Source: a virus
Length of the DNA: 64,000 nucleotides
Reading direction: 5' to 3' (one strand)
Virus record (IMG/VR): IMGVR_UViG_3300045988_143931
Location: 1 to 64,000 of that record
Shown: piece by piece, positions 46,024 to 54,861 of the stretch
Layout: every line of letters starts with the position of its first letter
Position numbering within the stretch: position 1 is the stretch's first letter
The notes under the pieces: model-generated
Databases searched by the model: none
What the model was told of the DNA's origin: nothing
Seen by the model: the letters and a program-made list of their open reading frames with translations, nothing else
Made by a program: the position numbers and the translations under genes

Positions 46024-46467
46024 TCACCTCTTACATACTAAAATCTCAACATCCGTATCTGTAAAAACACTTTTTATCTGTTCTGAGACATCATTCCAGT
46101 TCAGCCTATCTAAACCACAACCAATTACAGGCATTGCAATCTTTTTAATATCGTTCTCTAAACAAATCTGTTTCATCTTTTCGAGCGCAAGTCTCATTGT
46201 GATAATTGTTGGCTTGTTGAAATATCTTTCTTTTGTAATAAGATTAAATACCTTACCTTCTAATAAGCAGTCGCCACTAATTCTCTTATGAGTGTACTGA
46301 TTAAGATAATCTGGATATTTTGACTGCAATTTTCTTTTCAAATCAAATCTTTTATTAAACTCAACTACAATTCCTTTACCCATTCCAAAATCAGCACTAA
46401 TACAATGTGCTAAATTGTAATCTTCTGAAACTGTAAACAAGTCTTTATTCTCTTCACTGTATGTCAT
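46024..46467 (-). CDS. Macrodomain protein, TARG1/OARD1/DarG-like (ADP-ribosyl hydrolase)
   Basis: LAHCISADFGMGKGI, LITKERYFNKPT and MPVIGCGLDRLNWNDVS closely follow the OARD1/TARG1 pattern. Confidence 0.85.
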   Translation of the reverse strand: MTYSEENKDLFTVSEDYNLAHCISADFGMGKGIVVEFNKRFDLKRKLQSKYPDYLNQYTHKRISGDCLLEGKVFNLITKERYFNKPTIITMRLALEKMKQICLENDIKKIAMPVIGCGLDRLNWNDVSEQIKSVFTDTDVEILVCKR

Positions 46468-46477
46468 TTATTTCACC

Positions 46478-47032
46478 TCACTTATTCGTAATCATATCCA
46501 AAAACAACAACTCATCTTTCTTCAATGTAATATCATAATCTTTCCACTTTTCCATAAGCCCCCTTGTATCAAATCCATGTGGAACTACAATCGCAAACCC
46601 ATGCGGTGTCTTATGACAATTCATATCAATAAGTTTTATACCAGAAAAATGATTAATGTCTGATAAAAAATCTGCTACTAATTCTCTATTATCAGTATCA
46701 AAATCAAATAGCCATTTGCTCTCATCACGATTTTGTACCTGCTGTGCAACAGATGCTAATGTGCGATTTAACCGAGTCATACTTAGTTTATCTCTTAGCA
46801 GACGGATAACAAACTCCTTTCTGATTTTTTCTTCATTTCTTGAATTAACCGACCTATACAACCTTGTCTGTTCACCAGGAACTCCTTTAGCTGCAAAACT
46901 CTTAAAAGCTTCAATTACCTTGTCTTCATTCTCTTTATACTCAAGAATTGTTTTTGCTCGTTCCCTGAAATTTGGAATATCTTTGTTGTCCTTATTACGA
47001 GAACGAATCAGATATACATATAAGTTTGACAT
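46478..47032 (-). CDS. Hypothetical protein
   Basis: Start moved to the ATG at 47032, after AAGGAGAAT. WLFDFDTD...KTPHGFAIVV is noted but not assignable. Confidence 0.6.
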   Translation of the reverse strand: MSNLYVYLIRSRNKDNKDIPNFRERAKTILEYKENEDKVIEAFKSFAAKGVPGEQTRLYRSVNSRNEEKIRKEFVIRLLRDKLSMTRLNRTLASVAQQVQNRDESKWLFDFDTDNRELVADFLSDINHFSGIKLIDMNCHKTPHGFAIVVPHGFDTRGLMEKWKDYDITLKKDELLFLDMITNK

Positions 47033-47045
47033 TGTATTATTCTCC

Positions 47046-47417
47046 TTAAATCCACCCAATATCTCTTGGTGTAATCTCAACATAACAATTTGGTTCACAT
47101 GATTTTCCAAAATTCACGCCAATGAAAATACTTGTGCCTCTCAATGACATTTCTGTACTTGAAATCTTACAAAATTTTGTAATATACCACGGCAATTTAT
47201 TCTTAATCCATGTCATTCTCATAGTGTTGCTTTCAGAAATTTTCTCATACAGTGAACACATTTCATTTTTCTTTGTTACATGTTCTTTTCTATCCTCAAT
47301 AATTTCATCCATACATTCCTGACGCATCTTGTAGTACTGTTCGTCAAGACTCTTTGACAATTCAGATAACGATGCCTGAATACTTTTTAATCGTTCATAA
47401 CTATTTCTATTTTTCAT
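47046..47417 (-). CDS. Hypothetical protein
   Basis: ORF track. SD GGAGG. Confidence 0.6.
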   Translation of the reverse strand: MKNRNSYERLKSIQASLSELSKSLDEQYYKMRQECMDEIIEDRKEHVTKKNEMCSLYEKISESNTMRMTWIKNKLPWYITKFCKISSTEMSLRGTSIFIGVNFGKSCEPNCYVEITPRDIGWI

Positions 47418-47439
47418 GTCTTAACCTCCAAAATTTCAT

Positions 47440-47457
47440 AAGAAATGTGCGTTTCTT
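47440..47457 (-). promoter_or_regulatory. 5' leader hairpin AAGAAA-N6-TTTCTT
   Basis: Arms at 47440-47445 and 47452-47457, between the palindromic boxes and the SD. Confidence 0.45.
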
Positions 47458-47474
47458 TTTAATGTAAAATATAC

Positions 47475-47518
47475 ACCATATATAGTATATATTACTTATT
47501 TTTAATACTATATATGGT
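47475..47518. promoter_or_regulatory. Pair of palindromic boxes ACCATATATAGT / ACTATATATGGT, 32 bp apart
   Basis: Read directly at 47475-47486 and 47507-47518. Confidence 0.55.
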
Positions 47519-47531
47519 ATATATGTAACAA

Positions 47532-47921
47532 TTACTCACTTAATTCTGCAAGTGCCTTATCCAGATCCTCATCAGACATGTTCTCAAGTGCTGCATCCTG
47601 TCTCTTAGCCTTGATTTCAAGCAATCTCTGTCTCATCTCAGTATTTTTCTTAGCGTCTTCTCTCTTCTTTTTCTCATCCAGCTTCACACCAACAATATAC
47701 TTGACAATTTCAATCTTGTTAGAAATCTCCTCATCTTCCTTTGACTTGGTATTCAGAAGACTTTCTTCCTCAAACTTCTTTGCTTCTGCATTGAGTGTCT
47801 TAAACACTGAGTCCAAATTTGTGAGAGATAAATCCCACAAATCAATTACGTTAATCATTCCTCTAAATGGGAACTGATAGTTTGCTCTTGTTGCATTGAT
47901 AAATAATTCATTGTTTGTCAT
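47532..47921 (-). CDS. Hypothetical coiled-coil protein
   Basis: ORF track. SD AAAGGAG. Confidence 0.6.
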   Translation of the reverse strand: MTNNELFINATRANYQFPFRGMINVIDLWDLSLTNLDSVFKTLNAEAKKFEEESLLNTKSKEDEEISNKIEIVKYIVGVKLDEKKKREDAKKNTEMRQRLLEIKAKRQDAALENMSDEDLDKALAELSE

Positions 47922-47942
47922 AATAGTAATCTCCTTTTCTAA

Positions 47943-50000
47943 TTAAAACTTAATCTTCATTACACGCTCTGTTGCACCCTTAACCTTAATAACTAAATCT
48001 GCTCTCTTTGTCATAGAGAATCCAATTCCTGAAAGCTGATCATCAGTATCCTCTACATGACACTTAGCACCTAATGCTTCAAATACTCTCTTGTGCTTCA
48101 TTAAATCATTGTCAAGGAACTCAAGATAGAATCCATTAGGACTTTCGTTATTCACACAATCCTTCAGGAAGAAGAATAAATGTCTATGACCAATTCCATC
48201 CTGCTCGTCAAAATAGTTTGGACTGTAACTAATTACTGATATAGGAACAAACTGATTTGTATTTACACCCCAAATTTCACGACTTGAAATAGATGAATTT
48301 CCTGCTAACTTCTCCTTAATTGAGAAGTTTCCATTCTCATCAAGTGTTACTTCTGCAACCTGAACCTTTTCATCAGTTCTCATTGACTTATCGTAATCAA
48401 ACTTGTAAATTTCTCCATTAAATTCAATCTCTGCTCTAAATCCATGCCTTACGCTTCCTGAATACTGATGTACAAAAAACTTATAAACACCTGGTTTCAT
48501 TCTTGACAAGTCTTCCCAAGTAATATTCTCTACTGCAACCTTTCCATCTGGATGAATAATATCAACGTCCAACTGACCACCCATTCTTGAAACACTTGGC
48601 TTTCTACAATTACTAAAGAAAATTTCATTCTTATCTGGCTCAATACAATGTGCATCAAGGTCGTAATTATCATGACCATCTTCATTCCACTGAATAGAAA
48701 ATCTGAGTACACCATCGACATTGCCGCCAGCAGCTTTTACATTCTGCTTCATATCAGAGTCAGTAATGTTTCCTGAATAAGCCCAAGATAATCCATTATT
48801 CCATTTGAACATTGTCTTAGCGTCTGGATTAACAGGTGCAATCATAGAAACAAAGTTCTTCTCATGTTTATTTTCTACAAAAGCTTCAATCTCCTTTGCA
48901 GTTGGAAGTACCTTATAAATGAAATCCTGTGCTGAAATCTCTTCAACTTTAGAAAACTTCTTAGGACTTACAGCAATATCCTTTTCCATCTGTCCAAAAA
49001 TATCATCTGCACCAACCATTCTTCTTGCAGCACTTTTATTTGAGAACAGTACATTATTTACAGTAATATCATTCAGATTAGCAAATCTTCTCTGCAATGA
49101 ATCCATATATCCAAGTTCTGTAATGGTCTTCTTTGCATCCTCAAGCATTTTCTTTGTAAAAATAGCCTTTGGTCTTTTATAGTTGCTCGGTGCTGTAATC
49201 TGTTCATACTTCTTAACTGCTGTGTCAAGATCCATATCCTCACTTACATTGATAAGAAGTGTTCCAATAGAATGATTTCTAATTCTACCGATAGCCATAC
49301 CTGCTGTTACTGATTTTTCCCAAGCATATAAGTCCTTTTCAGTATCAGAAGTCAGCTTATCATATTCCTTCTTATACTTCTTGAACTCTGTGAGTACGCC
49401 TTTCCACTCTTCGCCCTTGTAAAGTGTATTTGAATTGATAAGTTCAAAAATTGTATCAAGTGCTTCCATAGTAATCTCATCAAGAGAACGCTTAAATACA
49501 TTTCTTGTGTCTCTGAACTGTCCCTTAACTTCCTCATTTGAACAACTACTTCTATTTACGAACTTGCTTGGAAGCTCTAAGAATAAATGATCCCACTGAT
49601 GAGACTTTCCATTAATTTCCTCAAAGTTAAAATCTGTACCAATCTTAGGGAACTTAGTTGTATAAATATCTGTAACTGTATGCGTCTTTACAAAAGCGTC
49701 AAGTGCATCACATACTGGCTGATATGTTGTATCACCAAGATTCAGTTCCCAAATCGTATGAATCTGGTTGTCCTTGATAGTGACAGCAGAACCAATATTC
49801 TTGATAAACTGTCTACAACAACTGCAATCATGCTCTCTGTGCTCTCTGAAAATCTCATTTGTACCAGCAGGGAAGCTATCAAGATATGTATTCCATAATT
49901 CATCCTTATCTACATTTACCTCAAATAAATGTGTAGCCTCTTTCTGCATTTCATCGAAGTGCTTCTGTAAAGCCTTCTTAAACATCATAAATCCATCCAT
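47943..50000 (-). CDS. Large hypothetical protein (685 aa), possible TerD-like beta-sandwich near the C-terminus
   Basis: ORF track. SD AGAGG. The segment LRFSIQWNEDG..YDLDAHCIEPDKNEIFFSN...GGQLDVDI resembles a TerD-type fold (recalled from memory only). Confidence 0.6.
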   Translation of the reverse strand: MDGFMMFKKALQKHFDEMQKEATHLFEVNVDKDELWNTYLDSFPAGTNEIFREHREHDCSCCRQFIKNIGSAVTIKDNQIHTIWELNLGDTTYQPVCDALDAFVKTHTVTDIYTTKFPKIGTDFNFEEINGKSHQWDHLFLELPSKFVNRSSCSNEEVKGQFRDTRNVFKRSLDEITMEALDTIFELINSNTLYKGEEWKGVLTEFKKYKKEYDKLTSDTEKDLYAWEKSVTAGMAIGRIRNHSIGTLLINVSEDMDLDTAVKKYEQITAPSNYKRPKAIFTKKMLEDAKKTITELGYMDSLQRRFANLNDITVNNVLFSNKSAARRMVGADDIFGQMEKDIAVSPKKFSKVEEISAQDFIYKVLPTAKEIEAFVENKHEKNFVSMIAPVNPDAKTMFKWNNGLSWAYSGNITDSDMKQNVKAAGGNVDGVLRFSIQWNEDGHDNYDLDAHCIEPDKNEIFFSNCRKPSVSRMGGQLDVDIIHPDGKVAVENITWEDLSRMKPGVYKFFVHQYSGSVRHGFRAEIEFNGEIYKFDYDKSMRTDEKVQVAEVTLDENGNFSIKEKLAGNSSISSREIWGVNTNQFVPISVISYSPNYFDEQDGIGHRHLFFFLKDCVNNESPNGFYLEFLDNDLMKHKRVFEALGAKCHVEDTDDQLSGIGFSMTKRADLVIKVKGATERVMKIKF

Positions 50001-50103
50001 ATTTTGTACCTCTTCTTTCTTATATTTATTTTTGTTAATTGTTTCTACTGTTACATTCTCTCTTCTAAAAAATTAAAAGGCTATTGAATTACCTTTGAAT
50101 AAG

Positions 50104-50127
50104 TCGGTAGGCTTTAACACCTACCAA
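50104..50127 (-). terminator. Candidate operon-end hairpin
   Basis: 8-bp stem (one G-U pair) TCGGTAGG/CCTACCAA with an 8-nt loop, just after the 29-aa ORF. The U-tract is weak. Confidence 0.35.
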
Positions 50128-50135
50128 CCCTTACA

Positions 50136-50225
50136 TTATTTTTTCTTACGCTTTCCTACAATAAAACCTGCTCCAAAGCATATACCAAGACAGATTAAGA
50201 AAACTCCAATGTTTAATACAATCAT
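50136..50225 (-). CDS. 29-aa transmembrane peptide at the operon end
   Basis: MIVLNIGVFLICLGICFGAGFIVGKRKKK. The ATG lies 2 nt after the upstream stop. Confidence 0.4.
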   Translation of the reverse strand: MIVLNIGVFLICLGICFGAGFIVGKRKKK

Positions 50226-50227
50226 AT

Positions 50228-51784
50228 TTATTCCTCAATAATCTTGAATGATATGTCAGTTCTTCTGTTCTTCTGCATATTAGTTTCTGAATCGTTAGGT
50301 GCAACTGGCTTTGTGCCTCCATTTCCTACTGTAACAATTCTATCTGCACTAATACCATTGAGAACAAAATACTGCTTAACTGTTTCTGCTCTATTTTTCG
50401 AAAGGTTAATACCATCTTCATCATCATTATCAGAAGCTATATTTCCTTCAATCTGAATAATCGAGCCATCCAAGACTTTAGCAATTTCAATAAATTCATC
50501 TAATTTAGAAGTTGCATCGCCTGAATCTAAGAATTTTGCTGTATTAGCAATAAAGTCTACAGAAGTTGACTTTGTGAGTAATGCCTTTGCATTTATTACA
50601 TCATTCTGATTAGATTCATTAACAACAGGCTTTGAATCTGTAGATGTATAACCATTTGAATCATACTTAGATGATAACTTCTGAATATACGTGTCATCGA
50701 AAAGAGTATCTATAAGACCTGTATTAACATTCTCTCCCATTGATGTCCAGACTTTACACATATCATTATAAATAGTCTTTGCTGTACCATTAAAAAGCTT
50801 AAGATTGTCTGCGTATGTAGTAAGTTTAGCAGATGCGCAATTATCCTTGACATCCTGATTAGAAGCTGTTGAGAACATTGGCATAACTGATTTGATTGTT
50901 GTCATATCCTTTTCATATAAATCTGCTGCCTGTAAAGCTCCATCAATAAAAGCTGTTACAACATCAGGATATTTCTTTGCAAAATCATTATTAAATAAAA
51001 TACCGTCCATAATTAAGCTAGAAGAACTTGCTGTACTAAATAATATATGAGCATCTGACATATTCTTTGCCTGAGTTAAGTAAGGCTCCCAAGTGGCAGC
51101 TACATCAATCTGTCCAGCGAAAAATGCCTTTGCAGCATCATCAGGTGTTGAGAACATAATTAAATTATTGATAATCTTCTGCTTATCAGCATCAGATAAA
51201 TCCGACTGATTTACAAACCATACTACAAGAGAGTGAGCTTCTGAAAATTCAGGAACACCAATTTTAGCATTAACCAAATCCGTTACAGATGTAATACCTG
51301 ACTTTGCTATGATTCCATCTCCACCATTTGAGAAATTAGTTATATATGGCATAATTACATCTATTCCTGCCGTCTTAAACTTTTCTGAAAGAAACGCTGT
51401 TCTATTAATTGTATATCCTGCTGCATCTAGCTTTTTACTGATAATCGCATTACTTGACTGTGTTGCATCATTTATAATACTTATGTTTACTTTAATTCCT
51501 AACTTATCATAAATCGAATTTTCTTTAGTAGAAAGACCGCCATTAGCGTCTATGATCGGCTTCCACCCGATCCATTCGTCAAGTGATAAATTAATTGTCT
51601 TATCATCTGACTTATCTGTATTAATAACATTTCCATCTTCATCTGTTGTTATGTTGAAGTGTTTACTTGTGACAAATCCCGACTTTAATCCAGCGAAGAC
51701 ACCACCACCAATTAATGCAATAACTAAAACCACAATTAAAATTTTTGAGGCTTTAGTAAGTCTAAATCTTTTTGTATTACTCAT
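50228..51784 (-). CDS. TM-anchored ABC substrate-binding domain fused to an OmpA/MotB-like peptidoglycan-binding domain
   Basis: N-terminal TM segment ILIVVLVIALIGGGVFAGL, a periplasmic-binding-like middle, and C-terminal NRAETVKQYF...GGTKPVAPN...NRRTDISF (OmpA_C pattern). Confidence 0.65.
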   Translation of the reverse strand: MSNTKRFRLTKASKILIVVLVIALIGGGVFAGLKSGFVTSKHFNITTDEDGNVINTDKSDDKTINLSLDEWIGWKPIIDANGGLSTKENSIYDKLGIKVNISIINDATQSSNAIISKKLDAAGYTINRTAFLSEKFKTAGIDVIMPYITNFSNGGDGIIAKSGITSVTDLVNAKIGVPEFSEAHSLVVWFVNQSDLSDADKQKIINNLIMFSTPDDAAKAFFAGQIDVAATWEPYLTQAKNMSDAHILFSTASSSSLIMDGILFNNDFAKKYPDVVTAFIDGALQAADLYEKDMTTIKSVMPMFSTASNQDVKDNCASAKLTTYADNLKLFNGTAKTIYNDMCKVWTSMGENVNTGLIDTLFDDTYIQKLSSKYDSNGYTSTDSKPVVNESNQNDVINAKALLTKSTSVDFIANTAKFLDSGDATSKLDEFIEIAKVLDGSIIQIEGNIASDNDDEDGINLSKNRAETVKQYFVLNGISADRIVTVGNGGTKPVAPNDSETNMQKNRRTDISFKIIEE

Positions 51785-51795
51785 ACTAATTCTCC

Positions 51796-52533
51796 TTACT
51801 TGTTATATTTTCTCTTTAAGCTGTCTAAATAATCGTTACTGCTATTTTTCTTAGCTTCAACTTCTGCTCTTGCAAGTTTAGTTGACATTTTGTTGTTATA
51901 TACCACCTTAGATCCTTCAACAATGGCATCCAAATCTCTGTTTTTATCTCTGACAGAATCGAGAAGTTTATCGGTTGTAGTTACATTCTTTAACTCGTCC
52001 ATATCATCATAGACTTCCTGTAACTGTTTCTTCACTTTCATATTCTCCACAACTTCCTTACTTTCTCTCTTTAATTTACGGAGATTCTTTTCACACATTT
52101 CCTGTGCTTCTTTTGCGGTATTCGCTGCATCTTCATATGCTTTTATTAACTCAGAATATCTCTTAATATCAGCCATAATCTCTTCTCTCTCGTCAGCCTT
52201 TAACTGTGCCAATTCAATTTTATTAGCTTTCACAAGAGACTCACATTCAGATTCGACCTTCTCAAGCTTCGATTTAAGATTCTTCATATCTTTCTGCGCA
52301 TTGCTTAATTTACCAGCAGCTACCTTGTAAGCGTTGTCTGCCTTGTTATAAGCATCCTGAGCTTGATCAATTTTTTCACCATAAATGGCTTCTGCTCCTT
52401 CTGGTGTTGTTGCCATATCTTTGATAAATAATCTTGTAATTCCCGAAAATAATGTTCTTGCTTCAGGAAACAGAATAAAAATCAAAATGACAACCGCAAT
52501 TACTAAGATAATAATTAGCTTTCCAAGTTCCAT
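51796..52533 (-). CDS. TM-anchored PspA/IM30-like coiled-coil protein
   Basis: TM segment, then FSGITRLFIKDMATTPEGAEAIYGEKIDQAQ... and long heptad-like helices resembling PspA/LiaH. Confidence 0.55.
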   Translation of the reverse strand: MELGKLIIILVIAVVILIFILFPEARTLFSGITRLFIKDMATTPEGAEAIYGEKIDQAQDAYNKADNAYKVAAGKLSNAQKDMKNLKSKLEKVESECESLVKANKIELAQLKADEREEIMADIKRYSELIKAYEDAANTAKEAQEMCEKNLRKLKRESKEVVENMKVKKQLQEVYDDMDELKNVTTTDKLLDSVRDKNRDLDAIVEGSKVVYNNKMSTKLARAEVEAKKNSSNDYLDSLKRKYNK

Positions 52534-53064
52534 TTACTCATTTCCTCCTTCAATAAATTTGATAAGTCCAGAAATTCTATCAACCTCTGCATTGATATTA
52601 TTCTCTGAAGTCTTCATCTCTGACTGTTGATCTGCTATCTCTTTCTCAAGTCTAGCAATTTCTTTTTTATGATTTTCAATTTCAGCCTGCTTATCAATGA
52701 CTATATTCTCTCCTTCATTTAATATTTTTGACAAAACACTATTAAGCACATCAACACGCTGTTCGCCATCAAGTGTTACATCAGTAACCGTTAAGCCAAA
52801 CACTCCAAGAGTCGCTAAAACTGAACCTCTCTTTGTCTCTGTAACCATTTCTTTTGGAAGAGAATTAATCAGTTCTTCAATCTTGAAAATTGACTTTGAC
52901 TTATCTGATAACTCGTTTTGAGTATAAATATCCTCGATAAGTGTATCTGTATGCACCTCATCAAGCTCAACTAAAACCTCTGTGTCTTCTACAGAATAAT
53001 CAGTGTCTACATCATAATTCTCTTCTTCTGGAACTTTCTCTACGAAAAAGTCTCTAAATCCCAT
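52534..53064 (-). CDS. Acidic N-terminus plus coiled-coil protein
   Basis: ORF track. SD AAGGAGG. Abuts the next gene's ATG. Confidence 0.6.
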   Translation of the reverse strand: MGFRDFFVEKVPEEENYDVDTDYSVEDTEVLVELDEVHTDTLIEDIYTQNELSDKSKSIFKIEELINSLPKEMVTETKRGSVLATLGVFGLTVTDVTLDGEQRVDVLNSVLSKILNEGENIVIDKQAEIENHKKEIARLEKEIADQQSEMKTSENNINAEVDRISGLIKFIEGGNE

Positions 53065-53081
53065 TTTGTTTCCTCCTTAAA

Positions 53082-53693
53082 TTAAAATTCTATAATCACG
53101 TCACACATTTTTTGTGCTTCTCCTTTGCTATGTGTAACCATAATTATTGTGTTATTTGTTTCTTTATGCTGCTTGATAATCAAATCTTGCATTTTTTGCC
53201 TAGTTTCAATATCTAATGCAGATAATGGCTCATCCATAAGAATTATTTCTGGATTCATAAATAATGTTCTTGCTAAAGCAAGTCTTTGTCTCATACCACC
53301 TGATAGTTGTTTTGGATATTTATTTTCATTACCTTCCAATCCAACAATAGAAATCATTTCTTTTGCTCTATCAATATCACACTTATTTATTCTCCCTTTG
53401 ACTTTCTGTGCTATCAGAATATTGTCTAAACACTTTAACCAATCAAATGAAGTGTAATTTTGATGCATCATGTAAATATTATTTTTACTTGCCTTAGTAA
53501 CTAATTCTCCATTTACAACCGCATTCCCACTTAACGGTTTTATCAAACCTGCAATTGTTCTTAGTAAAGTTGTTTTTCCACAACCAGATTCACCTAATAT
53601 CCCATAAATTTTAGAATCAAATTGATAATTAAAATTCTTCAATAAAGGCTTGTCTCTGCTATAGCCTGTATATAACTCATTCAATTCAATCAT
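53082..53693 (-). CDS. ABC transporter ATP-binding protein (NitT/TauT-like)
   Basis: Walker A GESGCGKTT, signature LSGGMRQR, Walker B ILMDEPLSALD. Confidence 0.9.
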   Translation of the reverse strand: MIELNELYTGYSRDKPLLKNFNYQFDSKIYGILGESGCGKTTLLRTIAGLIKPLSGNAVVNGELVTKASKNNIYMMHQNYTSFDWLKCLDNILIAQKVKGRINKCDIDRAKEMISIVGLEGNENKYPKQLSGGMRQRLALARTLFMNPEIILMDEPLSALDIETRQKMQDLIIKQHKETNNTIIMVTHSKGEAQKMCDVIIEF

Positions 53694-54432
53694 TTATATA
53701 CCTCCATTTAAAAATATGTTTTACTAACCATTTCGCAGCAAAATCAAATATAACACTTATAATCATGATTACGATAATAGCCATAAAAACTAAATCTGTT
53801 CTTCCTCTTGAAGAAGATTGCTGAATTATATAGCCCAATCCGTATTTTGCATTAATTGTTTCTGCTACTGCTATATATGTAAACCCAATTCCATACATCA
53901 TGATGAAACTATTTAATACTCCTGGTAAAGACGCAGGTATTTGTATTCTCCAAATGGTCTGTATCTTATCCATTCCGATTGTTAGTCCTGTATCAATCAA
54001 ATCACTACTGACTTCCTCTAAACATAAAATGACTGATGGCATCATATATACAAAAGTTGCGATAAATAAAAATACTATTTTCATTATTTCATCTATGCCA
54101 AACCACATAATCAACAGAGGATAAAAAGCTGTAACAGGAATGTATCTCATAACACTGATAATTGGACTTAATATATCTTTTGCTACTTTTGAGTTATAAA
54201 CTAAAATTGCAATAGGAAAGGCAATAAATCCTGATATAAAAGTTGCTATGGTTATTCTCAAAAACGAATATTTGATAGCCATTATCAATTGTCCAGTTTT
54301 TAACATTGCAATTAAATCTGTAAATACTATCTTTGGATCTGGAACAAATAATTGATTTACATGTTGCGATGCAATATTCCAAATTATGAGAATGGCTACA
54401 AGTAATGCTATTCTTTTTAAAATAATTTTCAT
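53686..54432 (-). CDS. ABC transporter permease
   Basis: Multi-TM protein with the binding-protein-dependent permease layout (…AETINAKYGLGYII). Overlaps the ATPase gene by 8 nt. Confidence 0.85.
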   Translation of the reverse strand: MKIILKRIALLVAILIIWNIASQHVNQLFVPDPKIVFTDLIAMLKTGQLIMAIKYSFLRITIATFISGFIAFPIAILVYNSKVAKDILSPIISVMRYIPVTAFYPLLIMWFGIDEIMKIVFLFIATFVYMMPSVILCLEEVSSDLIDTGLTIGMDKIQTIWRIQIPASLPGVLNSFIMMYGIGFTYIAVAETINAKYGLGYIIQQSSSRGRTDLVFMAIIVIMIISVIFDFAAKWLVKHIFKWRYIND

Positions 54433-54531
54433 GCCCTCACCTCTTTCTATATCTATATTCTCTTTTTAATTTGGGAATTTTTATTGAGCTGAATCGCTCA
54501 GAATTTTTTCAAAGGAAACGAAGTTTTCTTG

Positions 54532-54861
54532 CTAATATTCTTCTGCTATATCATCATATTCGCTTGACAGATATTTAATCAAATCTTTATAAATATCCAA
54601 CTGATGGTCGTATAAATAATTACACAATTCAATATCACTATCGAAAAACTCTTCAATAGCTGTGGAATTAGCCCATCTGTCAAAAGCAGTTCTTGTTGAA
54701 ACTCTAAGCATCCATCTATTTTTTGTTCCGCTATGAGGCTCTACTATCATAAAAATAACTGTATCTGTTCTTGCTTCTAAATGACCTTCGTATTCATAAA
54801 TCTCGTAATCCTGACCATTGTTTACTTTGTCATTCTCAAACCATCTTCTTATATTTTCCAT
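54532..54861 (-). CDS. Hypothetical protein
   Basis: ORF track. The ATG overlaps the upstream stop (TAATG). Confidence 0.6.
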   Translation of the reverse strand: MENIRRWFENDKVNNGQDYEIYEYEGHLEARTDTVIFMIVEPHSGTKNRWMLRVSTRTAFDRWANSTAIEEFFDSDIELCNYLYDHQLDIYKDLIKYLSSEYDDIAEEY

